The notes beneath the pieces were generated by a model, which was given only the letters and a program-made list of their open reading frames with translations, was not told the DNA's origin and searched no databases. A program made the position numbers and the translations under genes. A DNA stretch of 64,000 nt from the human T2T-CHM13v2.0 reference genome, Homo sapiens, in NCBI RefSeq assembly GCF_009914755.1, contig NC_060932.1; one strand, given 5' to 3'. Shown here piece after piece: positions 48,196 through 62,107 of this stretch (positions are counted from its first letter, which is position 1; each line of letters opens with the position of its first letter).

Positions 48196-49531
48196 TTTAA
48201 AAATCCATGTTTGTGTGTTTACTATTACCAGTGAGTTTTGTACCTTCAGATAATTTCTTACTGCTTAACAACCTTTTTTTCAGATTAAAGAACTCCTTTT
48301 AGTGTATTTTGTAGGACAGGTCAGGTGTTGATGAATAGCCAAAGCTTTCACTTTGTTTGGAAGTACTTATTTCTCCTTCATGTTTGTAGAATATTTTCAC
48401 CAGATGTACTATTCTAGGGTAAAAGGTTTTTTTCACCTTCATACTTTGAATATGTCATGCCACTGTCTCCTGGCCTGTAAAGTTTCCACTGAAAAGTTTG
48501 CTGCCAGATGTATTGGAGCTCCATTGTTGTTGTTTTTTTATCTTTCTACTTTTTGGATTCTTTCTTTATCCTTGCCCTTTGGGAGTTTGATTTTTCAATG
48601 TCTTCAGGTAGTCTTCTTTGGGTTACATCTGCTTCATGTTCTCTGACCTTCTTGTACTTGAATATTAATATCTTTCCCTAGGATTGAAAAGTTCTCTGTT
48701 ATTATTCTTTGAAGAAATTTTCTACCCTGATCTCTCTTTCTACCGCCTCTTTAAGGCCAATAACTCTGGGAATTGCCCTTTGAGGCTATTTTCCAGATCT
48801 TTTAGGCATGCTTTAGTCTTTTGTCTTTTGTCTCCTCTATGTATTTTCAATACCCTATCTTCAAGCTCACTAATTCTTTCTTCTGTTTAATCAACTCTGC
48901 CACTGAGATACTATGATACATTCTTCAGTATATCATTTGAACTTTTCAGCTCTGGAACTTCTGCTTGATTCTTTTTAAATTATCTCTAACTCTTTGTTAA
49001 ATTTATCCATAGAATTCTGAATTCCTTCTCTGTATTGTGTTAAATTTTGTTGAGCTTCCTCAAAATATCTATTTTGAATTATCTGTCTGAAAGGTCACAT
49101 ATCTCTGTCTCTCCAGGATTGGTCACTGGTGCCGAATTTAGTTTTTTTGGTAAGATCATATTTTCCTGGATGGTCTTGATGCTTGTGGATGTTCATTGGT
49201 GTCTAGCATTGGAGAGTTAGGCATTTATTGCAATCTTCATAGTCTAGGCATATTTGTATTCATTCTTCTTGGGATGGCTTTCCAAGTAGTCAAAGGGAAT
49301 TATGTGTTGTATTCTAAGTCTTTGGTCACTGCAGCCATATCTGCATTAGGAAGCAACTCAAGCCCAGTGACACTGTGACTCTTGAAGACTCGTAGAGGTA
49401 TCACATTTGTGGTCTTGAGTAAGATCTAGGAGAATTTTCTGAATCACCAGGAAAACACTCTTGTTCTCTTCCCTTACTTTTCCACCAAACAAATTGAGCC
49501 TCTCTTTCTTCGTTGAGCTGTCTGGAGCTGA

Positions 49532-50200
<669 letters not shown>

Positions 50201-50699
50201 TAATAGGATTTTAAAACCAGGTACTGTGACTGCTCATCTGATTTTTTGTTCTCATGAAGGTGCTTTCTTGTGTGGATCGTTGATCAATTTAGTGTTCCTG
50301 TAGAGGAGCGGAGGATGATCACTAGAGGGTTCTATTTGGCTATCTTGCTTTTCCTCCTCAGTATTTAAGTTTTAATTTTTTTTTCAAATTCTGTACCTAT
50401 TGCTACTGACTCAGATAATTTTTTTGTAAATTAAGTTATAAATCGAGTAAATCAAAACAATGCAAATGCCTTTCTTCTAAAGTTAATATCTAAATAATTT
50501 GTTTTCCCATCTGCCCTAGCAAATAAGCATATAGAAGAAGAGAATAAGCCTTTTCCTCTATTGAAATTGTTTTACTAACATATGGTAACAGACATCTTAA
50601 AATACATGCAGACATTTGGCTAGTTATTTTCAAAAATATCTTGATATAATCAGGCTTAGATGTAAACCAGTAAAATTATACATACTTGAGATTTACTTT

Positions 50700-51272
50700 T
50701 TTTAAACATTTACTTTAAGTTCAGGGGAGGGGTATATGGGCAGGTGTGTTACATAGGTGGAAGACCATGTGGTGATTCCCCAAAGACCTAAAGACAGAAA
50801 TACCATTTGGCCCAGCAATTCTATTACTGGGTATACATATACCCAAAGGAATATAAATCGTTTTATTATAAAGACACATGAATGTGCATGTTCATTGAAA
50901 CACTATTCACATTAACAAGGACATGGAATCAACCTAAATGCCCATCAGTGATAGACTGGATTAAAAAAGATGTAGTACATGTATACCATGGAATACTATG
51001 CAGTCATAAAAAAGAACAAGATCATGTCCTTTGCAGGGACATGAATGAAGCTGGAAGCCATCATCCTTAGCAAACTAACACAGGAACAGAAAACCAAATA
51101 CCACATGTTCTCACTTATAAGTAAAAGTTCTAGCCAGGGCAATCAGGCAAGAGAAAGAAATAAAGGGCAGCCAAATAGGAAGAGAGGAAGTTAAACTATC
51201 CCTGTTTGCAGATGACATGATCCTATATCTAGAAAACCCCATAGTCTCAGCCCAAAAGCTTCTTAAGCAGAT
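50700..51272 (-). mobile_element. Rearranged L1PA insertion: 3' tip (-), ORF2 3' segment (+), RT segment (+)
   Basis: 50700-50758 actttaagttcagggg...acataggt; 50757-51122 ORF2 end; 51123-51272 encodes [16 protein letters not shown]; TSD agattt(a/g)cttt. Confidence 0.9.
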
Positions 51273-52059
51273 TTGCTTTAAAGTGATCCATCAGGGAAAT
51301 GGAATAAATGAAAAGATACATAAAATGAGATGGCAAAATTCTGAAGTTGAATGATATATACCACTGTCTTTGAGTTCAATATATCATTCTCTACTTCTGT
51401 GTTTTGTTTGAAATGTCTTATAATTTTAAAAAGGTCTCATTTTAGAATACTTAGAATTATTGTCAAATGCCAAAGCAGGCATAGTAAATTATTGTTTCCT
51501 TGACCATTGAGGATATATATTGCAAATCCAATGTTTTATATATTTCATAATTAAATCATCTCATGGTCAAGATTGTCAATTAATAATAACCACCTTTTTA
51601 AAAGCCAAGATAAACTCTTCCATGCATTTTTGTATACTAGTACATTAGCATTTCATTTACATATGTATCCCAGTAGATAATAAAATTATAATACCTCAGT
51701 TTGGGCTCTGTCTGCACATATACCTACAGTCTATATTACTCTACAATGGCCTCTGTCTCAAGCTGAATGTGCTAGGCTCTGTAATGTTCATACCTAATGT
51801 CATCTTTACACCTGTTTGCATTGATTTTAATATATAGTATCTTTCCTTAACATATCCTAAAACATATCATGATTTGAAGCATTTATCAAGGAGGTCAGCT
51901 TTGACCTAACGACCACCCAGCAGAAGCATGATGGAAATGGCTTGTGTGAGACAGCATAGTGTTTCATATTCTCTGTTAACAGTGACCTGCAAACAAAGTC
52001 TAAATCCAGAGGAACTTAACTCTCAGCCATTGGTAGGGTAATGCCTCAGACAGCTAGAG

Positions 52060-52770
52060 ACACAAGGAATCTCAGATATATTTACTATTATTGAGCTGTG
52101 GATCCTGTTCCGAGGCAACAAATCTCAGATGACTCGGGAACCTCCACTTTTGCCTCTCCCCTGGGGCCACATATTGCCAGCAACACACCTACAAGTGAAA
52201 CAAAATTACGTTTATTCGCTGATTGTAGCAAGCGAAACCACACACCATAGGGAGCAGTTAGGAATTGGGAGGGACTTATAGGATTTGGGTTCAGTAAGGA
52301 CTTGGACGAGACTTACAGGATTTATGCTCACATTAGATAATTGTTGGGGAGTGTTCCAGGAAGGAGGGGCTTGTTCTAGATTGGGAGCTTTTCGAGAGGG
52401 GGCAATACTATGATTAGATACCTTAATAATTTTTACCAGGATGAGATAATAAAAAATAAAACAGATCTGAACGGTAAAGAAGCAGAATTCTGTCCTGTTA
52501 GCCAAGGAGTCAAGGGGGATATTTGGTAATTTTTGAAGTTTGCATAGTAACATTGAATTTGTTTGTACTTAAACATAATTACCAAGTAGTCTTGTTTGTG
52601 TTTCACTTCCCACATTCACAGAGCAATGTTATCAGATGTTGGTGATCTTTAAAACAGTTTATATCCCACAGTAAAATTCAATAGCCAACCTATAAGTGCC
52701 AGTCCAGCTCTTAACAATATCAGGCATAGATATTAGGCCCAGCTGTTACGGATTCCTTTTTTCCTTCTCA
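52060..52770 (-). mobile_element. LTR78-like ERV1 LTR
   Basis: gtttattcgctgattgtagcaag, cacaccatagggag, ggtaaagaagcag, ends ttccttctca; subfamily recalled. Confidence 0.6.
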
Positions 52771-53019
52771 GGGGTCTATCCTTCCATTAGCTTGAAACAT
52801 GGTATTATCATTTATGTGCATCAAACTTGATCAATATTGACAATTTCAGATAGTTCATCTTACATTAAGATCAAGAAGATGTTATGCTTAGTCTACATTA
52901 GCTTAAAGCACACAAAGTATGTCTTCTTTGTATTAGAAAATGTAAATTATGGATGCCATTTTTCATAAAGAATCAATATACATAAGATCTTATGAAGAAC
53001 AGGATGCATATTCTGCAGG

Positions 53020-53195
53020 CTAAGGTAGTAGAAAGAATTCACGTGGGCTTTGGAAGACAGGCCTGAATTCAAGTTCTGACTACTACTTATTACTGATGCA
53101 ACCTTGAATAAATTGTGTAATCACTCTAAGTCTCTATAAGATCATCTACAAAATGTGCCTAACAAATACTAAGCATTCAATAAAAATTAATTAGT
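53020..53195 (+). mobile_element. MIR
   Basis: gggctttggaagacaggcctgaattcaag...catctacaaaatg...cattcaataaa. Confidence 0.75.
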
Positions 53196-54476
53196 TGGAT
53201 TGCCTTCTGTCTAAATCTACAGCTGAATACAATCTCCATTGATTTTCTCAATGCTTATATATACTTATCATATAAACTTTTCCTGAAGAATAGGTCTAAG
53301 AAATACATTCCAAAAATTTGAAGAAAAAAAAAGTGTGATATCTGGTGTCATATAAAACTCTCTTATCGTTTTATTTCCTTCTAAGGCCTGATTGTTAGGA
53401 AATTCACACTTTCATTAAGAAACATAGGAGCCAATTGCAAAAATTATTTCAAGTTTCTAACACAACTATTTCCATTATTTTTTATTATTTACATGTCCTC
53501 TTTTATCTTTATTTCACATGTATTGTTCTACATATGTTTCTTAATTTTTAAAGCCACATATTGTATTTTAAAGTCAAGGAAGTATAATTTAAAAAAAAGT
53601 TATGTAAATGATCCCTCCAAATGCTTATAAAATTCAAGAAGGCAAACAAAATTACAAACAAAACCATGTACTATTTATTGTAGTTAGTATATCAGCTGAA
53701 TAAACATGTAATATTTCTTTATAATATGCTGTAGTATTTTTGGACACACTTATAGGACATGAAACACACAAGGATAATTTCTAATTGGTCAAAATTTGAG
53801 TGAAAACTCATAATACGAGGGTTAGTTGGGTGAAGCTCAGCCCCTACTGCTGTAGTTGATTTTGAGGCGAAACTTATAGTCATTATATCTCTCCTCCACC
53901 AACCATTAGAGATTTCCTTTCTGTCAGCTAAAATTTATGTGGTATATTTGGCTGTCTTGTGGATTGACATGAACTGTCCTGACCACTTGATTGTTTACTG
54001 TCTCTTATACAGTGGATTCTCACTGGTGTGGTATAAAAGATGTTAAACATTTCACTAATTCTTATAGGTCTACTTTCCTGCCACTTTCTCAGAGTTCCTT
54101 GCTATATATTCCATTTTTTTTCCCATTTGAGGCCCTAACTAGCCAAACTATTCACTATTTCCCATGAGGCTATAAATACCTATCTTTGGGTCACTTCTGT
54201 CTTCACACAAAGTAGATGACCATCAGATATCTGCAGTTTGTTGTGTTGACAAGATTTTGTCTCACCACTTCTCTCTTGGCCACCGAAGAAGGACTGTCAG
54301 GTAGCATCTCAAGTACTTGCCACTCCTTGCTCATCTGTTCCAGATAATATATATAATACCATCAATGGCACCAATGTGGTGCCCTGCAAAATGTTAAAAT
54401 ATAGTCTACATCCCACTGGGTAAGACCATAAATAAATGATGTAAATGTGAACTCTTTCTGATAAATTTGTGATGGG

Positions 54477-54862
54477 TGTCTTAGTCCATTTTCTGTTGCT
54501 TTTAAGAGAATACCTAAAACTAGGTAATTTATAAATAAAATAATTTATTTCTTACGATTATGGAGGCTGAGAAGTTCAAAGTCAAGCGGCCTTATCTACC
54601 GAGGGCCTTCTTGCTGGTGGGAAGTCTGGAGAATCATGAGGTGGCACAGAGAATCAAATGGTGAGGTGGCTGAGTGTGCTATCGGAGGTCTCGCTCTTCT
54701 TAAAAAGCCGCCAGTCCTATTCCCATAACTCAGCAATCCATTAACCCATTAATTCATAAATCCATTAATTCATGAATAGAAAGGCTCCACCTCTCGATAC
54801 TGCCACATTAAGGATTAAATTCAGCATGAGTTTCGGAGGGGATAAGCATTCAAACCATAGCA
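54477..54862 (-). mobile_element. MSTC-like solo LTR
   Basis: tgtcttagtccattttctgttgct...ccattaacccattaa...ttcaaaccatagca; TSD (a/g)tggg. Confidence 0.88.
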
Positions 54863-55094
54863 GTGGGTATTAAAAAGAATGCTTTCATCAAAGTGCTAGA
54901 AACATGTTGCATGCCAGAGACTATATTAATTTAGTAAAGCTACAGCATCCAGCACAGTAGCTAAAAATGGGGTGATTACTCTTTAAGTTTATAGTAGTCC
55001 ACTATTGTATACAGTGATCTATCTTATTTTTTGCTGGGACCAAACTGGTGAATTAAATGACGATATAATGGAAACTGAGGCTTGCATCCTTTAA

Positions 55095-55238
55095 GTCTTT
55101 TTTTAATTGATGTGTAAAATTTGTGCAAATTTATGGGGTATATGTGGTATTTTAATACATGTATACAATGTGTAACAATCAAATCAGGGTATATAGGCTA
55201 TCTGTCTCCTTGGACATTTATCAATTTTATGTGTTGAG
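55095..55238 (-). mobile_element. L1MA 3' tip
   Basis: tttatggggtatatgtggtatttt...tacaatgtgtaacaatcaaatcagggta. Confidence 0.8.
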
Positions 55239-56780
55239 TTTTATGTGGCCTTTCCAACCATAATAGCTTTTACTCTATTGTAATTGTTTTAATCCTAAAT
55301 CAAGGAATTAATAAAAGAATTTCGCCAACTACTAAGTGCTTCAATGACACATTTGGGAAATGAGGAACGACCACCAAATTTCCCACTGTGAGCTGTACCT
55401 GATTGAAAACTTCATATCACCTGATCTACACATGGCCCTACTCTAACAGGGCTCTGCAATGGCACTGTAGGTCCCTAGATACCTGAGACAACTTGAACCT
55501 AAACCTAATAACCCTTGAAAGATATGAGTATTTCCTCTTTTTTAGTATATGAATATTTGAATAAATGGCAGCAAGCAATCTCTGGGTCTGAAAATTGACT
55601 CAGGTTGGAAACTGAAAAAGAATGAATGGATATCCATTGGAGTAGTTAATCTCAGTCTTCTCTTTATTTATTTCTTAACTCTTCGGATTGTAGCTAGTAA
55701 ACAATACCCTTTTGGATGCTCATCTACATGCTGTTAAGACACCATGTTATATTAGCCCTTTGTATATCAGTTATACCCTATGACTGATAGTCTGACTCTT
55801 CTGTCAATTACAGTAATTATCCCATCTTATTTCTGATAGTCAAGTGCTGCCTTTGCTATTGCATCATCCTATCACCCTAATTGCCACTAGATGGCCACTG
55901 GGGAAAAAAAGCACCCCTCTCCAAAAAAACCTCCCTCTGATATCCCAGGACTACAGAGAAAAGCCACTACTGAGTACTAGATGATCCTGACCCCTTCACC
56001 AGTGCATTTCCTATTGTTTTGTTGAACAGAGTGTTCTCCATGCCCTCTTGAGGGACAACTAGTGTGTTTTCTCTTCTTCTGTAGCAGATCCATTCTAGCA
56101 TAACTCTTGGACATACAATCCCTTTACTCCCTTGGAAGGTGGAATTTTTGATCTGGTGGCCAGCAGGAGAGGTGTAGGCAAATTTTGTAAAACCTAAATA
56201 TTGCCTTGTAGGAAACATACCTTACGTGTGACTTTACATAATTTTCAAGCAAGGGACAACCACTGTCCTCAAAAACAGGAGAATGGGCCAATTCTGCAGA
56301 CTCAGAGTGCTTCAGAGGATATCAGATATCATGATATGCCTATCCCAAGTGTTTATATCCAAACTATTCCTGTCAAGACTCTGGATTTAGCATAAGAGTT
56401 GTCGAGACTGACGTTCAGCCTATTAAACAATTAGGTCCTGAGACTGATTTTCAGTTTGGCCTGACCTCCAGCTTTGGGAGATTGAGTTTCTTTAAATATT
56501 ACCAAGGAGGCCCTCCAGCTTTCACTTTAAACTCCACAGTTCTTACATTGCTTTTCACCCAAGACCTGTCAAACACCACAGATATTTCACATACCAGTGC
56601 ATTTTCTCCCACTTTCATCCCATCCCAATTCACCACAGATGAAGTTCTAGCAGATGTTTTATACAGCATGTCAGGGACTATCAACATTCCACATACACCA
56701 CTAATAGTCTTCATTGCCAGCTAACCAGTGAGTGATCCAACTTCAAAATCCTGTCCTCAGAATTTGCCTCTGGTACCAAG

Positions 56781-57005
56781 TGTCTTGGGGCAGATTCTTC
56801 ATAAGGAGAGAGCCTGATACAAGAATTCAGGTGCATGTGATTTATTAAGAGCATGCTCTCAGAACAAAGGGAGTGGAGGAAGCAGGATAAGACGTGGGAA
56901 GGAACTAAACACAGTCGTACTTTCAGCTGGATTCTAGCTTTAGCTAATCCCACAGGAAGCTTTGGAACATGAATGACACCAATTTGTTGGTACTACCCTG
57001 AGACA
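56781..57005 (-). mobile_element. LTR33-like LTR (probable 5' LTR of the adjacent ERVL)
   Basis: agagcctgatacaagaattcaggtgcatgtgatttattaag, ggaggaagcaggata. Confidence 0.8.
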
Positions 57006-57170
57006 AGATAGCCTCATAAAATGAATTGGGACATAGTTTCACTTTTTTATCTTAGGTTTTTTAAAGATTTGAATTATTTTTTATACTAAAAGTTTACTAG
57101 AATTCACTGGCAAAGCCAACTGGGCCTAAATCTTATTTCCTTTGATAGAAATTTGAATAATCAATCCATT

Positions 57171-57820
57171 TGTCTTAGTCTGTTTAGGATACTGTAATAA
57201 AATACTTTAGACTGAGTAGCTTATAAAGAAGAGGCATTTGTTTTTTACAGTTCTTAAGGCTGGGTAGTCTAGCATCATGGTAGCAACAGACTCAGTGTCT
57301 GGTTCACAGATGATGCCTTCTAACTGTGTCTTCACATGGTAGAAGGGGCAAAGGGGCTCTCTGGAGCCACTCTTAAAAGGGCATCAGGCGTCCAGGCACA
57401 GTGGCTCATGCCTTTAATCCCAGCACTTTGGGAGGCTGAGGCGAGTGGATCACTAAGTCGGGAGATCGAGACCATCCTGGCTAAACCCGTCTCTACTAAA
57501 AATACAAAAAATTAGCCGGGCATGGTGGTGGGCACTTGTAGTCCCAGCTACTCAGGAGGCTGAGGCAGGAGAATGGTGTGAACCTGGGAGGCGGGGCTTG
57601 CAGTGAGCCGAGATCGTGCCACTGCACTCCAGCCTGGGCAATAGAGCGAGACTCCGTCTCAAAAAAAAAAAAAAAAAAAAAAGGCATTAATCTCATCCAA
57701 GAGGCTGGCACTCTCATGATCTAATTGACTCTCAAAGGTCCTGACTTCTATTATCATCACATCGGTGATTGGGCTTTTAAAATGTGAATTTTAGGGGACA
57801 CAGATGTTCAAACCATAGCA
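57171..57820 (-). mobile_element. MLT1A solo LTR containing an Alu
   Basis: tgtcttagtctgttt...ctgtgtcttcacatggtagaagggg...ttcaaaccatagca. Confidence 0.88.
57388..57682 (+). mobile_element. AluY/Sc8-like
   Basis: gagatcgagaccatcctggctaa, gagaatggtgtgaacc; A tail; flanks aaaag(g)gcat. Confidence 0.95.
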
Positions 57821-59701
57821 CAATTCTAATACAAATATTGTTATTTTGATTATTATGTATAAAATTTGGTAAGTTGTATTTTCCAAGAAATTCGTCAGTT
57901 TCTTCTAAATTTTCAGATTTATTGCCATAAAATTATTCATAATCACATTTAATTATCATTTTAATGTTTGTGGAATCTGGGTTGAAGTCCCCTTTTTATT
58001 TCTGATATTGATCATTTATGTTATCTTTTTTCTTCATCTTGCTAGGGATCTTTTTATAAGCATTTCAAATTATAAAATTGTTATGCTTTTGATGATTTTT
58101 ATTTTGTATATTTATCTTCTATTTTGTTGATCCCTGCTCCTTACTATCATTGTACTTCTATCTTATTTAAGTTTGATTTATTTTTCTAGTTCCTTGATAT
58201 GAAACTTCAAATAATTGATTTTCAGTCTTACACTTTTAAATATATATTGTAATGCACTTCTAAGCACTGCCTTAATGAAATCTCACAAGTCTTAGTACAT
58301 TATATCTGTGTTAACAATCAGTTCAAAATCTTTTAAAATTTTATTATGATTTCTTATTTGACCTATGAGCTATTTGAAGTATACTGATAATTTCCAAATG
58401 TTTGCATATTTTTGTTATACATTTTTGATTCATTTCTTGTTATTTTAACAGTGGTCAGAAAAGATACTTTGAATTATTTCAGTCCTTTGAAGTTTTTTTT
58501 GATATGTTTCATGTGCACTTGAAAAGAATATGTATATTCTGTCACTGTTGAGTGTGGTTTCTGTACATTTCAATTAGGTTGAGGTTTTTTTTATCATGTT
58601 GTTCAGGTCTCATATCTTCTGTATTCTCACTGACAACTTATCTCCTTTTTCTATCAGTTAGAGAGATGTATTAAAATCTTCCAACATAATTGGGAATTTA
58701 TATATTTTGCTCTTAATATCATTAATTTTTGCATTACATTGAAGTTATTGTTGCATTTATACAGACTATGAATTATTATATCGTTCCAGTAAATTGACCT
58801 ATTTTCATTATGAAGCATTCTTGTTTACCTCTAGTAATCCTTCCTTCATTAATATCTACTTTAATATTAGTATAACTACATAAGTCATATTTTTAGGGAG
58901 GTTCATGTTGCATGGCTCTGTGTCCTTATATTTTAAGAGTGTCTAAGTCTCATATTTAAATAGCATAGGGTAAGGTGTTCTAAAATTATCATTGTCTGAT
59001 ATTGTAATCATTTAATTAGAGTATTTAGTCCATTTATACTTAATGTGATTATTGATATGATTTGTCTATATCTAGTATCTTACTATTACTTTGCCTTAGA
59101 TTTACATGTTTAAATGCTTCGTTCTTCCTCTTTCTTGCCTTATTTTATCAATATGTTATTATCTGCCTTTTTGCCTTCTTAAATGGTAGTTTTACATTCT
59201 TTTACTATTATTTCACTTATGCTAGCTATTACAATTTGCTTCGTTGACATATTATAACCCCAAAATATAAAACCACTGAAGTTCAAATGCCTGATTTTAC
59301 TAAGTACAGGCAGATCTCCTTCAAACAATCAACCTGTCTTGGACAGAACTTTAAATCTGAAGAATACATTCTAGTATAAAATCAATTCTGACAGCAGTAG
59401 TGTTAAGAACAAAATCAACTTATTATGGTTATTGGTGACAATCCACAACATCTAATATACAATACCACTGCCAGCTTTGGGATCCTTACTAGAAAGTTCC
59501 TTCAGAATAATTTTGCCTATCTTTGTCCAACATGCCTCTTGGTTCTTGCCCAATTTTCAAAACTGATTCTTCTGTTTTATTGAATTTTTATGAATTATGC
59601 ATAGTCTTTCAGGTTATTTCTTCCTTTATCAGTTAGCATTGGTTCTTGATCAATACATGCAGATTCAAGAAATATATATTGTCAAAAATTAACAATATTA
59701 A

Positions 59702-60083
59702 TTTATTTTTCTTTTTTTTATTATACTTTAAGTCCTGGGATACATGTGCAGAATGTGCAGAATGTGTACATAGGTACACACTACCATGGTGGTTTGCTGC
59801 ACCCATCAACTCGTCATCTACATTAGGTATTTCTCCTAATGCTATCCCTCCCTTAGCCCCCCACCCACTGACAGGCCCTGGTGTGTGATGTTCCCCTCCC
59901 TGTGTCCATGTGTTCTCATTGTTCAACTCCCACTTATGAGAGAGAACATGTAGTGTTTCGTTTTCTGTTCCTGCGTTAGTTTGCTGAGAATGATGGTTTC
60001 CAGCTTCATCCATGTGCCTGCAAAGGACATGAACTCATCCTTTTTCATGGCTGCATAGTATTCCATGGTGTATATGTGCCACA
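59702..60083 (-). mobile_element. L1PA7-like 3' end (~380 bp)
   Basis: ctgggatacatgtgcagaatgtgcag, catctacattaggtatttctcctaatgc, ccttagccccccacc. Confidence 0.93.
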
Positions 60084-60109
60084 TGGGAATGAGTTATACT
60101 AAAAGCAAT

Positions 60110-60540
60110 AGCTATGTAAGAAAAAATTTATAGATTTGAGTTTATAATTAAAAATTATAATTAAAAACACATGAAAAAAGCTAAAAAGAAAGTAACTAAC
60201 TGAAAAGATTTGCAATGATGAACAAATTGTTAGTATCCTGGATATGTGAAAAGATAAATGAACACATAACTAAAAATTTTAAGTGAAGAAATACAAATAA
60301 TCAGTAAATACTTGACAAAAGTCTTTACCCCATGAGTAATTGAATAGATGCAAATGAAATTATATTTGTAACCTTTCATAGTGATAAAATGCATAAAGAT
60401 ATCTACTAATATTGGCAAGGAAACCTAGAAAAAAGTTCTGTTTTTAAAAACAGTGCTGGGGAAGTGCAAATAGCTACAACCTTTCTGGCCATCAATCTAG
60501 TACTAAAAGGCTTAAAAATGTGAATACATTTTTTAAAAAC
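60110..60540 (+). mobile_element. Old L1M ORF2 3' fragment
   Basis: aaagatttgcaa, ttagtatcctggatat, gtgctggggaagtgcaaatagctacaacctttctgg. Confidence 0.55.
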
Positions 60541-60549
60541 AGAGTTTTA

Positions 60550-60965
60550 TACTTAAGAGTGTAGACTTGGAAGTCTACACTTGGAATTCAATGTCACCTC
60601 TGCACTTAAAGAATACAGAATCTTCAGCAAGTTATCATACTTTATTAATTCTAACATGCATATTTAAATATTTCTCATAAATGAATTGGCAGTACTTGTT
60701 TTTATTTTTATTTGCACATAATAATGGTGTTTCATACACCAGATGGCCATTTCAATTCAATTAGGTGCAGTCTTAGCTTCCTTATGTGCCAGTATCTTAA
60801 CACCTTATACAAGTAACCAATTAATATTTGTTGGAGGAAAAAACAGAACAAAAGCAATCATGAAGCAGCATGTACTTTATAGAGTTGTTCTGAGAATTAA
60901 ATGAATAAATGCATGTAATGCAAGTATTGAGTGAATGCATTTAAAGTACTAAAGTATTGTTATTG
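60550..60965 (+). mobile_element. MIR split by a MER104-like fragment (~60638-60770) and a duplicated L2-like piece
   Basis: MIR 5' ttaagagtgtagact...cagcaagtta; MIR 3' atagagttgttctgagaattaaatga; MER104 aattggcag...ataatggtg...gatggc. Confidence 0.55.
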
Positions 60966-61311
60966 TCATTCTGCAATCATACTTCCAGAAAACTTAGCTT
61001 AAGAAGTAATTAGAAAAAGATGTATGCACAAGTATATTCAACACAGTGATTTGTATAATAGATTTTTTAAAAGAAACAATCATAATATATGACAGTGATT
61101 GGTTAAATAAATGATGACAGTAAATGTAATCATATATATTTCTAATAAATATGTTTATGTTTTTATGGAAATATGTTCAAAGTAGATGGTTATATTAAAA
61201 AGTTACAAACTACATCTATAAAATTAAATAACTGTAAATAAATAGTGTACGTATATACTCATGTAACTATACTTAGAAAAATACTTGAAGTAACTGTGTA
61301 TATATAATATG

Positions 61312-61312
<1 letters not shown>

Positions 61313-61342
<30 letters not shown>
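61313..61342. repeat. (TA)15 microsatellite
   Basis: Read directly. Confidence 0.95.
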
Positions 61343-61346
<4 letters not shown>

Positions 61347-61715
61347 GAGAGAAAAAATATTGAAAGAGAGATTTCCAATTTGTCACAATTTATGCAATCA
61401 TTTTTTCTTTGCACATTTAAAATTTTCTTCCATGAGCCTTCATTACTATATTTAACAATAATCATAATTCAAGTAACTACTTTTTACAAGTTACTTGTGT
61501 GGTAAGAAATATCTTTGGCTGAATTTGGCAGGAAAATAAATTTGAAAATCCATTCACAGATCTTAGCAGTAGAAAATGAACACATTCCTGTTTTCTTACA
61601 GTGCCTGATACAAGTGACCAATTAATATTTGTTGGAGGACAAAATGAAACAACAGTAATCATGAATAAAATAGTTGATAACTTGGAAAATTAAAATTTTG
61701 ACAAAACAAACAGAA

Positions 61716-62107
<392 letters not shown>

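Larger units (their letters stand above)
53810..56780 (-). mobile_element. Decayed ERVL internal region (ERV3-16A3/HERV16-like gag-pol), interrupted by MSTC and L1MA
   Basis: Decayed RT motif near 54345-54390; abuts an LTR33 through a PBS-like ttggtaccagag (minus strand, ~56768-56779). Confidence 0.7.
57010..59250 (-). mobile_element. Old L1M (L1ME/M5-like) ORF2 5' half, interrupted by MLT1A
   Basis: tagaattcactggcaaagcc, tgtgcacttgaaaagaatatgtatattct, ttaaaatcttccaac, tttagtccatttatacttaatgt. Confidence 0.8.

Noticed and set aside
60558-60581. 11 bp perfect hairpin agtgtagactt-gg-aagtctacact
   Set aside because: It is too short for a pre-miRNA and lies in a MIR head; a small local inversion or chance explains it.
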